A stretch of DNA of 64,000 nt from an uncultured delta proteobacterium (lineage in GTDB: Bacteria > Myxococcota > Myxococcia > Myxococcales > Myxococcaceae), in NCBI GenBank assembly GCA_963796055.1, contig CAWCKH010000004.1:2048001-2112000 (forward strand), in the 5' to 3' direction. Shown here in pieces: positions 32,689-41,055 of this stretch. Made by a program: the position numbers and the translations under genes. The stretch's first letter is position 1; each line of letters begins with the position of its first letter. Below the pieces are notes generated by a model that worked only from the letters and a program-made list of their open reading frames with translations, did no database searches and was not told the origin of the DNA.

Positions 32689-34041
32689 CTATTGCGCCAC
32701 CGGAGCTTCGGCGCGGCGGCTCTGCATCCGGCGCTCGATCTCCTCCGGGTCCTTGGGGATCGCCCGGGTGATCACCTCGGCACCGCTGGGGGTGATGAGG
32801 ATCTCGTCCTCGATCCGCACCCCGAACCCGCGCTGCGGCAGGTAGATGCCCGGCTCCACCGTGAGCACCGCACCCGCGGGCAGCGGCGCGTCGTAGTCGC
32901 CGGCGTCGTGCACCTCGAGCCCCACGAAGTGGCAACAGCCGTGCAGGGCGGCGTCGTGGTACCCCGCGTCGTCGATGACCTTCCGCACCGCTCGATCGAG
33001 CGTGCGCGGGGTCACGCCGGCCCGGGCCGCGGCGATGCCCGCCGCCTGCGCCCGGAGGACGAGGTCGTAGATCTCCCGCTGCTCGGGGCTGAACTTGCCG
33101 GACACCGGGTAGGTCCGGGTCACGTCGGTGGCGTAGAACTGCTCCTCGGCGCCGGCGTCCACCACCACCACCTCGCCCTCCTTCATCACCCGCTCGTCCT
33201 TGGGGTAGTGGAGGACCGCACCGTTGGGGCCGGAGCCGACGATGGAATCGTAGGCCACGTGGCGCGAGCCCGAGCGCCGGAAGGCGTCCTCGATGGCGTC
33301 CTTCAGCTCGAATTCGCGCATGCCCGGCCGGAGCACCTCCAGCACCCGCGCATGCCCGGCAGCCGTGTGCTCGATGCCCTTCCGCATGAGCTTGATCTCC
33401 TCGGGGTCCTTCGCCTCGCGCATCCGGGCCAGGGTGTCGTGCAGATCGTTCACCTTGCACCCGTAGGACCGGTCCATCGCCTCGGCGTAGTAGGTCATCA
33501 CCTTTGGCTTCGGCTGCGGCTCGGCCACGAACTGCCCGACGAAGTTGAGCCCGCCATGGGGACAGGCATGGAGCAGCGCCTTGCCCAGCCACTCGGTCCG
33601 GTGCACCTGGGCGATGCCGCTGGTGCTCTCCAGCGCCTGCGAGGGGAGCTTCGCTCGCTCGCCCTCCCACTGCCCGCGCTCGACGTCCAGCGGACGGAGA
33701 AAGAGCACCTCCGGGTCCGGTGAGGCCGGATCGAGGAGCAGGGCGGCCCCGGGCTCGTCGATGCCGGTCAGGTAATAGAAATCCATTCCCTCCCGCATCC
33801 CCTCGAACCGCGCCTCGTTCACCACCAGCGTGGCGCCGGTCTTCAGCTTCTCCATCAGCGCCTTGCGCCGCCGCCGGTAAGCCTCGGGGCCGAGCGTCCC
33901 GTCGGGGCCGATGGTGCGACGCTCGGGCGCGACCGAGGGTTTGAGATACTTGCCCACGGGGAGTGGTCTGAGAACCTCCTGGACCGGGCCGGGTGGCTCG
34001 GCGCCGAGGAGGACGAGGGCGAGGAACGAAGCTGGATGCAT
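32689..34041 (-). CDS. Xaa-Pro aminopeptidase (M24B), probably secreted
   Basis: DFYYLTG, LHY, DAG, DVTRT, HFVGLEVHD, EPG, RIED. Confidence 0.9.
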   Translation of the reverse strand: MHPASFLALVLLGAEPPGPVQEVLRPLPVGKYLKPSVAPERRTIGPDGTLGPEAYRRRRKALMEKLKTGATLVVNEARFEGMREGMDFYYLTGIDEPGAALLLDPASPDPEVLFLRPLDVERGQWEGERAKLPSQALESTSGIAQVHRTEWLGKALLHACPHGGLNFVGQFVAEPQPKPKVMTYYAEAMDRSYGCKVNDLHDTLARMREAKDPEEIKLMRKGIEHTAAGHARVLEVLRPGMREFELKDAIEDAFRRSGSRHVAYDSIVGSGPNGAVLHYPKDERVMKEGEVVVVDAGAEEQFYATDVTRTYPVSGKFSPEQREIYDLVLRAQAAGIAAARAGVTPRTLDRAVRKVIDDAGYHDAALHGCCHFVGLEVHDAGDYDAPLPAGAVLTVEPGIYLPQRGFGVRIEDEILITPSGAEVITRAIPKDPEEIERRMQSRRAEAPVAQ

Positions 34042-34228
34042 GGGCCGGGCAGCATCGCCGTCTGCACCACGCCGGGCAACGTGCGAGCTCGCCCGGTGCG
34101 GTCAACGGCCTTCGTGCGGGTGCCAGGCCCCCGGAAGGTTGTGCAACCGGTGTGCGACGTTCGCCACGTGACGCGCGCCAGCCACCCGGGCAGGCTCGTG
34201 CTCCGTTCGCCGGAGGAGGTCAGCAGCC

Positions 34229-34474
34229 GTGTTCGGACTGTGCTCGTGGATCGTCGTGGGGCTCGTCATCGGCGCCATCGCCCGGGCGCTCTTCCCCGGG
34301 CGTCAGCCGATGGGATGGATCGGCACCGCGCTCCTGGGGATGGCAGGCTCGCTGGTGGGCGGGTTCCTGAGCTCGCTCCTCTGGCACGGAGGCCTCCGGG
34401 TGCTCCACCCCGGGGGGCTCATCGCCTCGGTGCTCGGGGCGATGCTCCTGCTCTGGATCGTCTCGAGGCGCTAG
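34229..34474 (+). CDS. GlsB/YeaQ/YmgE (transglycosylase-associated) membrane protein
   Basis: WIVVGLVIGAIAR..PG..LGMAGSLVGG..SVLGA; RBS GGAGG. Confidence 0.85.
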   Translation: MFGLCSWIVVGLVIGAIARALFPGRQPMGWIGTALLGMAGSLVGGFLSSLLWHGGLRVLHPGGLIASVLGAMLLLWIVSRR

Positions 34475-34534
34475 GAGCGCCGCCCCGGGCGGAGCGGCGC
34501 ATTCGATCGAGCGGGGGTGGGGAGGCGGAGGTGC

Positions 34535-34891
34535 TCACGGAGCCCCGGGTCGGTCCTTCGGGATTTCAGCCTCGCGGTGAACGACCAAGCCGGGACGGCC
34601 GCGGACCTGAGCCGGGTGCCGATTCAACTCGGGCTGCTGCGGAGCCACGGCGGCCCGGGAAGGCTCGGTGGGCCGTCGGGCGGCTCTGCTCCTACCCTCG
34701 GCGATCACCGCCAGCGGGCCGGCCACAACGGAGAATCCCAGGGCGGCCCATCCAATCTGCGAGCTCCCCACCACGAGCACCCCGCCAACGGCCGCGAGGA
34801 TCACCACGAGGATCAACACGGCGCGGAGAAGAGGTGCCGAGGTGGCGACCTGGACCGAATCGGAGGACTGGTACACGGTGACTCCCTGCAA
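34535..34891 (-). CDS. Possible small two-TM hypothetical protein or relic
   Basis: Hydrophobic stretches; weak start. Confidence 0.25.
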   Translation of the reverse strand: MQGVTVYQSSDSVQVATSAPLLRAVLILVVILAAVGGVLVVGSSQIGWAALGFSVVAGPLAVIAEGRSRAARRPTEPSRAAVAPQQPELNRHPAQVRGRPGLVVHREAEIPKDRPGAP

Positions 34892-35250
34892 GGAGGCCCA
34901 CTGCGAGGGGGCCGTGGGGGCCTTGCAGCCGCCGCGCCCAACCGCTGGGCCCGGGAGTCATCGGGAGTTAGAGCCCGACCCCGGCGGTCCCGGTGAGGCG
35001 GGCCAGGCTACAAGCGGCGGACAAGCGTTGCTCTCGGTGCAACCGCTCCTGGCGGAGACCGCGAACTGGGCGGGCGACGGTGGCGCGCCTGCGATCCATG
35101 TCCGCCCTCCGACGACGGTTTCCGTCTCGAGCGCAGGCAAGCCGCGCCGTCGAAGGAGAGCTCACACGAGCAGATGGTGGATGCAGAGAACGATGGTCAT
35201 TGGCATAACGGCCATCGATCTCCAGAAATAGAGGCACCCGGTCCGGCGCG

Positions 35251-36699
35251 TCACTTCGCCGAGACGACCTTCAGCTCGCCGAGCAGCGGCATGATCTCCG
35301 CGCTGCTCTCCTCGCCCAACGTCAGATGCGTGGCGTCCGCCACCGGCTGACCGAACGTGGGGTCGAGCTGGGTCCACGTCCCGACCCACGCCTCCACCCA
35401 CTCGTGCCAGTACAGGGCGGGCACCCCGTCCTCGTTCTGCACGTACACCACGCCGTCCACCCGGCGCGCCGGGATGCCGAGGGCGCGGAGCAGGGAGATG
35501 CTGAGGAGGGAGTGCTCGGTGCAGTCCCCGCGCAGCGTCCGGAGCACGTCGGTCGCGCGGTCGGCGCTCGCCCCGTAGTCCTTCTTCATCGTCCGGCCGA
35601 CCCAGGCCACCACCTTCTTCGCCGCGGCATAGGCGTCGGTCTCGCCGCCGGCGATCTCCTTCGCCTTGGCGACGATGGCCGGGTTGTCGGACTCGACCAG
35701 GATCGAGGACTTCAAGTATTCGGCGGTGTCCGGCGGATGCGGCGCCCCGCGCTTCACCAGCTTCGCCGGCGCAGGTGGTGCGGCGCGGATGGTCACCTCG
35801 GACTTTCCGTTCCCCAGGGTCCGGTAGGTCTGTCGGTCGGTCGGCCGATGGAACTTCTCCGGAAAGCCGGCCAGCACCAGGGTCCACTCCCCGGGGACTT
35901 TCCGGGCCGTCGCCGGCGGGGCGGCGGGGAGGACCAGCCGGGTCAGCCCGAAGATCTCCACCCGGTCCAGCCGCTCGGCGACCGACTTCGGCTCGGCCCG
36001 GCCGATCATCGCCGAGCCGTAGGACATCTCCACCACCGCGCCGTCGGGAGCGACCACCGCCTGCATCGGCACCTTCTCCTTCTCGGAGACGATGCTCGCC
36101 TTCCGCAAGAGCACCGAGACCCCGTTCACCACCCGCCGCTCCTCGGCCACCGGGGTGGTGGTCATCCGGTACTGCCCGAGGTCGGTCCCGTCCAGCGCCA
36201 TGCCCGAGACCTCCTTGCCCCGGAGCAGCGCGACCCGGAGCTGGTCGGCGTCCTCCACCGTCTCCTGGATCGGGGGCAGGGCAATGGTGTCGTCGGCCTG
36301 GCCCGGGCGGTGTCGCTTCACGGTGAAGCCCGTGGGGGTCGCCTTGCCGGTGAGCACCTGGTTGCCGCCGTCCCCCTCGTCCTGGATGACGAAGGAGAGC
36401 AGCCGTCCACCCGACTTCGATTCGTAGATCCGCTCCTCGTGGTGGCGCCGCTCGGCGGTGTTGTTGCCCACCACCGCCTTGAAGACGAAGTCGGCGACCG
36501 AGCGGACCTCGGGCCGGCCCGGCACCGCCTCGAGGTCGGTGAAGTACCAGCCCACCTTCTTGTCCACCAGGTAGAGGCCGAAGTACTCGCCGCCATGCGG
36601 GCGCGGCGCGCGCAGCACGTCGGAGCTCGCCTCGCCCCGGGCCGTCAGCGGGGCGGCCAGGAGCAGCGCGAGGGCGGGGAGGAGGAGGGGTCGAGGCAC
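35251..36699 (-). CDS. Exported transglutaminase-like domain protein
   Basis: Signal peptide; catalytic triad motifs GDCTEH, WHEWVE, LDPT. Confidence 0.88.
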   Translation of the reverse strand: MPRPLLLPALALLLAAPLTARGEASSDVLRAPRPHGGEYFGLYLVDKKVGWYFTDLEAVPGRPEVRSVADFVFKAVVGNNTAERRHHEERIYESKSGGRLLSFVIQDEGDGGNQVLTGKATPTGFTVKRHRPGQADDTIALPPIQETVEDADQLRVALLRGKEVSGMALDGTDLGQYRMTTTPVAEERRVVNGVSVLLRKASIVSEKEKVPMQAVVAPDGAVVEMSYGSAMIGRAEPKSVAERLDRVEIFGLTRLVLPAAPPATARKVPGEWTLVLAGFPEKFHRPTDRQTYRTLGNGKSEVTIRAAPPAPAKLVKRGAPHPPDTAEYLKSSILVESDNPAIVAKAKEIAGGETDAYAAAKKVVAWVGRTMKKDYGASADRATDVLRTLRGDCTEHSLLSISLLRALGIPARRVDGVVYVQNEDGVPALYWHEWVEAWVGTWTQLDPTFGQPVADATHLTLGEESSAEIMPLLGELKVVSAK

Positions 36700-37166
36700 T
36701 AAAGCTTCTTCTTCAGCAAGATCAGGTCGTCCCCCACCTTGTAGAAGTCCCGGAAGCGGGCCTCCTCCAGGTAGCGCATCGACTGGTAGAAGCCTCGCGC
36801 CGGGCCGTAGTCCTCGGTGGCCGACGTCTCCACCCGCACCAGCCGGGCCTTCCGCCGCCGGAGGTCGCCCTCCATCGCCGCCACCAGCCCGGCCCCGATC
36901 CCCTTGCCCCGGAGCGAGGGCTCGCTGCAGATCCAGTACAGGTCGAACGTTCCGTCGGTCATCGGGGTGGGGCCGTAGCAGACGTAACCCCCGAGCTGCC
37001 CACCGATCAGCGCCACCAACAGGAAATAGTCCGGACTATTCGGCTGCAACGCCAGGTCGATGACCTCGAGCGCGCAGCGCACCTCGTCGGGTGAGAAGTT
37101 CTCGATGCGGTCGAGCAGCCTCGCGAGGCCTTCCCTGTCTTCTGGGACGGCGGGACGGATGTCCAT
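36699..37166 (-). CDS. GNAT N-acetyltransferase
   Basis: GYVCYGPTP, DLYWI, RGKGIG, ETS, ARGFY. Confidence 0.88.
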   Translation of the reverse strand: MDIRPAVPEDREGLARLLDRIENFSPDEVRCALEVIDLALQPNSPDYFLLVALIGGQLGGYVCYGPTPMTDGTFDLYWICSEPSLRGKGIGAGLVAAMEGDLRRRKARLVRVETSATEDYGPARGFYQSMRYLEEARFRDFYKVGDDLILLKKKL

Positions 37167-38157
37167 GGGTCCTTTCGAGCGCGACGTCCACCAGTCGCAG
37201 CGCCAGCGCCGAGTACTCCAGCCCGGCCGCCGCTGCGCTCCTGGCGAAACCCGCCTCGGGATGCAAGTCACAGTTGGGGTTGATGTCAATGACCCAGGGC
37301 TGACCGTCGTCGGAGAGGCGCAGGTCCACCCGCCCGTAGTCCCTGCAGCCCAGCGCCTCGAACGCGGCGAGCGCCGTCTCCACCACGCGCCGCTCGATCT
37401 GCTGCGGAAGGGTGCAGGGAACCGAGGGGCTGTCGATGCACTCGGGTGACGATGGCTCCCACTTCGCCCGGTAGCTCACGATGTGTGGGCGGCCGTCGAA
37501 GGCGCCACCGAAGCGGATCTCCGACAGGGGAAGCGCGGCGCGGGGCGCGTTGCCCAGCAGCGAGACGTAGACCTCCCGGCCCGGGACGAAGCGCTCGACC
37601 AGCGCCGGCTGCTTGAAGGTGCGGAGCACGCGCCGGACCACGTCGCGAAGCCCGCGCTCGTCCTCGACCACCGAGTCGAAGTCCACGCCGACCGAGGCGT
37701 CCTCCCGGGAGGGCTTCACGATCAGCGGAAAGGGCAGCCCGATGCCCTCGAGCTGGGCCAGCCGCTCGACCACCCGGAAGGGTGGGGTGGGGACGCCGCG
37801 GGCGACGAGCAGCTCCTTGGCCTTGTCCTTGTGGAGGGCCAGGCCGAGCGCGAGGGGTCCCGAGCCGGAGTAGGGCAGCCCGAGCATGTCCAGCAGGCAC
37901 GGGACGGCCATCTCGCCCCGCGCATCCCCCCCGATGGACTCACAGAGGTTGAGGACCAGGTCCGTGGACCGGGCGCTCAGGGGGTCGACGATGCCGGCGG
38001 GGCTCGGCCCCACGGGGAGGACCGACACCTCGTAGCCAGCCTTCCCCAGTGCCCGGGCGAGCTCGGCAGCCACTCGCTCCACGTCCGCCCTCGCCTCGCG
38101 TCCTGGGTCTTCCTCCAGAGCATCGGCGTCCGCGTTGTGCAGGAGCGTGATGTGCAT
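37036..38157 (-). CDS. D-Ala-D-Ala ligase-like ATP-grasp protein
   Basis: NLCES, YSGS, KDKAK, PLIVKP..EDASVG, GRE, YGRVDLR, DINPN (not the EVNTxPG of canonical Ddl). Confidence 0.85.
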   Translation of the reverse strand: MHITLLHNADADALEEDPGREARADVERVAAELARALGKAGYEVSVLPVGPSPAGIVDPLSARSTDLVLNLCESIGGDARGEMAVPCLLDMLGLPYSGSGPLALGLALHKDKAKELLVARGVPTPPFRVVERLAQLEGIGLPFPLIVKPSREDASVGVDFDSVVEDERGLRDVVRRVLRTFKQPALVERFVPGREVYVSLLGNAPRAALPLSEIRFGGAFDGRPHIVSYRAKWEPSSPECIDSPSVPCTLPQQIERRVVETALAAFEALGCRDYGRVDLRLSDDGQPWVIDINPNCDLHPEAGFARSAAAAGLEYSALALRLVDVALERTHGHPSRRPRRQGRPREAARPHRELLTRRGALRARGHRPGVAAE

Positions 38158-38195
38158 GCAGTAGAACCGTGGATGTAGCACGATCTGGCGACACG

Positions 38196-39503
38196 ATGCG
38201 CATTCGCGATCCGATCCACGGCACCCTCCCGGTGTCCGCCGACGAGGCGGCCGTCGTGGACAGCGCCTGGTACCAGCGTCTGCGGCACGTGCGGCAGCTG
38301 GGGTTCGGCGAGCTGGCCTTCCCCGGGGCGACCCATACCCGGCATGCCCACTCGCTCGGGGCGATGCACGTGGTGGGGCGGCTCTTCGACGCCCTCGCCG
38401 CCCGGAGCGACCTGCCCGACCCCGTCCGGCAGCGGTTCCGGACCGCGCTGCGCCTGGCCGTCCTCTGCCACGACCTGGGGCACATGCCCCTCAGCCACGC
38501 CAGCGAGCGCATCGCGCCGCCGCGGGCCGAGCTCGGGCTCCCGGCCTGGACCGGCAGCGACGGGGGGCAGGCCCGCCACGAGGACTTCACGGTGAAGCTC
38601 CTCCTGGACACCGACCTCACCGACCTCGTCCGGACCCGGGTGGGGGACCAGGGCATCACCGGCGAGGCGCTGGCGGCGCTGGTGACAGGGCGGACACCGC
38701 CCGCCGGGCTGGACTTCCGGTACGGCGGCGCGGACTGGGCCCCCCTGCTCCGGGCGCTGGTCTCGGGGGAGCTGGACGCCGACCGGATGGACTACCTGCT
38801 CCGGGACTCGTTCTACACCGGGGTGAACTACGGCCGGTTCGACCTGGACTGGCTGGTCCAGAACCTCCACCCGGCCGAGCGGGACGGGCGGGTGGAGCTG
38901 GCGCTGTCGCGGAGCGCGGTCCTCGCTTTCGAGGACTTCCTGTTGAGCCGGCACCACATGTTCCTGTCGGTGTACCTGCACCACACCGCGGTGAGCTTCG
39001 ACTGGATGCTGGAGGCCTACTACCGGGACGCCCCGGGCGAATTCGAGATTCCGGCCGATCCGGGACGTTTCCTCCGGACCGACGACGTGGCCCTGCTCTG
39101 GGCGCTCCGGGCCTCGTCGAACCGCTGGGCGCAGCGCATCGTCCGGCGGCAGGGATTCAAGCTGCTGGCCCAGTTCACCGAGCGGGACGAGGGCTACGAC
39201 CTGGGCGCGCTCTCGGCGGCGCTGACCGAGGCCGGGGTGGAGCACTTCACCGTCGAGAGCCGGGAGACGCTGTCCCGGTACTTCGAGGAGGGGGAGGGAC
39301 CGAGCCTGTACGTCCTGGACGAGTCCTCCGGGCGGTTGACGCCGGTGGCCCGCTACACACCCCTGTACCAGCGCTATGCGTCCCCGGTCCGTCTGTCCCG
39401 GGCGTATGTGCTTCCAGAGAGCCTGGATCGGGCGCGGCAGGCGCTGGCAGGTGTCACCGCAGCGAAGCTCCGCGATGCGATAGGGTCCGCCGGCAAGCGA
39501 TGA
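38196..39503 (+). CDS. HD-domain phosphohydrolase (SAMHD1/dNTPase-like)
   Basis: IRDPIHG, QRLR.VRQLG, HSLG, HDLGH, DADRMDYL.RDS, VYLH. Confidence 0.88.
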   Translation: MRIRDPIHGTLPVSADEAAVVDSAWYQRLRHVRQLGFGELAFPGATHTRHAHSLGAMHVVGRLFDALAARSDLPDPVRQRFRTALRLAVLCHDLGHMPLSHASERIAPPRAELGLPAWTGSDGGQARHEDFTVKLLLDTDLTDLVRTRVGDQGITGEALAALVTGRTPPAGLDFRYGGADWAPLLRALVSGELDADRMDYLLRDSFYTGVNYGRFDLDWLVQNLHPAERDGRVELALSRSAVLAFEDFLLSRHHMFLSVYLHHTAVSFDWMLEAYYRDAPGEFEIPADPGRFLRTDDVALLWALRASSNRWAQRIVRRQGFKLLAQFTERDEGYDLGALSAALTEAGVEHFTVESRETLSRYFEEGEGPSLYVLDESSGRLTPVARYTPLYQRYASPVRLSRAYVLPESLDRARQALAGVTAAKLRDAIGSAGKR

Positions 39504-40999
39504 GCGAGGCGATCCCGGGGATGCAGGAGGCGCCGCCGCCGGCGGAGCCGAGAGACGCCGCAGTGGTGGTCCTGGTGCGCATGGGGCCCCGTGGGCTGGA
39601 GACGTTCTGGCTCCGGCGCGAGCGCACCGTCTCCTTCGCCGCGGGCTTCTACGCCTTCCCCGGCGGACGGGTGGACGCCGCCGACGCCGAGATACCGATC
39701 GAGGGTGCAGGGCCCCCCGATTCGCGGCTGGTGGCCGCCGCCGCCCGCGAGCTGTTCGAGGAGACAGGGGTGCTCGCCGCCCGCGGACGGACCCCGGACG
39801 CCCCCACGCTCGCTGCCGCCCGTGCCGCGCTGCTCGAGGGCAAGGAGCCCTTCTCGGCGGTGCTCGGCCGCCTCGGGCTGCAGATCGACGCGCTGGACTT
39901 CGAGCCCGCGGGCCGCTGGGTGACGCCGCCCTTCATGCCCACGCGCTTCGATGCGCGCTTCTTCCTGGTGGAGGTCCCGCCCGGGACCCGGGCCGAGGTG
40001 TGGCCGGGCGAGGCGGCCGAGGGCAGCTGGGTTCGACCGACGGATGCGCTCACCCTGTGGCAGGAGGGCCGGGCGCTGCTCCACCCCCCCAACCGGCACG
40101 CCCTGAACGTGCTCAGCCGCGTGCGCCGGACGGTGGACGCGGTGGCCTGGCTCGCCTCCCCGACGGCGGCGGACACCCGCATCGAGTTCCAGCGGGGCAT
40201 CCGGCTGGTGGCGCTGCGGACGCCCACCTTGCTCCCCGCCACCCATACCAATTGCTGGATTCTCGGGACGGGCGAGCTGCTCATCGTGGACCCGGGCGCG
40301 TCCGAGCCGGCGGAGATCGACCGGCTGACGGCGCACGTCCGCGCGCTTGCGGCCGAGGACTGCCGGCCCCTGGCGGTGCTGCTCACCCACCACCACCTGG
40401 ACCACGTGGGCGGGGCGCGGGCGGTGAGCGAGCAGCTGGGGATTCCGGTCTGGTGCCACGCCCGGACCGCCGACCGCCTCCCGTTCCGTGCGGACCGGCT
40501 GCTCGAGGAGGGCGACGAGCTGGTGCTGGCCGGTGCGCCGGGGATGCGCTGGCGGGTGCTCCACACCCCGGGGCATGCGCGCGGGCACATCAGCCTCCTC
40601 GACACCACCACCCGGGCGGCGGTGGTCGGGGACATGGTGGCGGGGCAGGGGACCATCCTCATCGACCCGCCCGAGGGCGACATGGCCGAGTACCTGCGGC
40701 AGCTCGCCCGGCTGCGGGACCTGCCGGTCCGCGCGGTGTACCCGGCGCACGGGCCTCCGCTGCCGGATGGCCCGAGCGCGCTGAGCACGGTCGTCGACCA
40801 CCGGGCGATGCGGGAGAGGCGGGTGCAGGCGGCGCTGAGCACCATCCCCCGGCCCCTCGAGGAGCTGGCCGCGGAGGCGTACGCCGACACCCCGGGCGTG
40901 ATTCCGTACCTCGCCGAGCGGAGCACCCTGGCCATCCTCGAGAAGCTCCGGGACGACGGCTTCGCCCGAGAGGTCGGAGGCGGCTGGGCGCTGCTGTGA
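39500..40999 (+). CDS. NUDIX hydrolase - metallo-beta-lactamase fusion
   Basis: FPGG..RELFEETG, RFDARFF; THHHLDH, TPGH, GD, PAHG. Confidence 0.88.
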   Translation: MSEAIPGMQEAPPPAEPRDAAVVVLVRMGPRGLETFWLRRERTVSFAAGFYAFPGGRVDAADAEIPIEGAGPPDSRLVAAAARELFEETGVLAARGRTPDAPTLAAARAALLEGKEPFSAVLGRLGLQIDALDFEPAGRWVTPPFMPTRFDARFFLVEVPPGTRAEVWPGEAAEGSWVRPTDALTLWQEGRALLHPPNRHALNVLSRVRRTVDAVAWLASPTAADTRIEFQRGIRLVALRTPTLLPATHTNCWILGTGELLIVDPGASEPAEIDRLTAHVRALAAEDCRPLAVLLTHHHLDHVGGARAVSEQLGIPVWCHARTADRLPFRADRLLEEGDELVLAGAPGMRWRVLHTPGHARGHISLLDTTTRAAVVGDMVAGQGTILIDPPEGDMAEYLRQLARLRDLPVRAVYPAHGPPLPDGPSALSTVVDHRAMRERRVQAALSTIPRPLEELAAEAYADTPGVIPYLAERSTLAILEKLRDDGFAREVGGGWALL

Positions 41000-41055
41000 A
41001 CCTCGGGCGGGCCTCCTGAAGCCTCTCTTGACGGGCTGTGCCGGGACGGGCCTAG

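Noticed and set aside
34958..35237. Short ORFs downstream of the transglutaminase gene
   Set aside because: No motif or codon bias; probably non-coding or eroded DNA.
37036..38157. Canonical ddl or van-type resistance ligase
   Set aside because: Lacks the canonical Ddl N-terminal GGxSxE and EVNTxPG motifs; no van or mur genes are nearby.
39500..40999. Antibiotic-resistance beta-lactamase
   Set aside because: Cytoplasmic NUDIX-fused MBL fold without a signal peptide.
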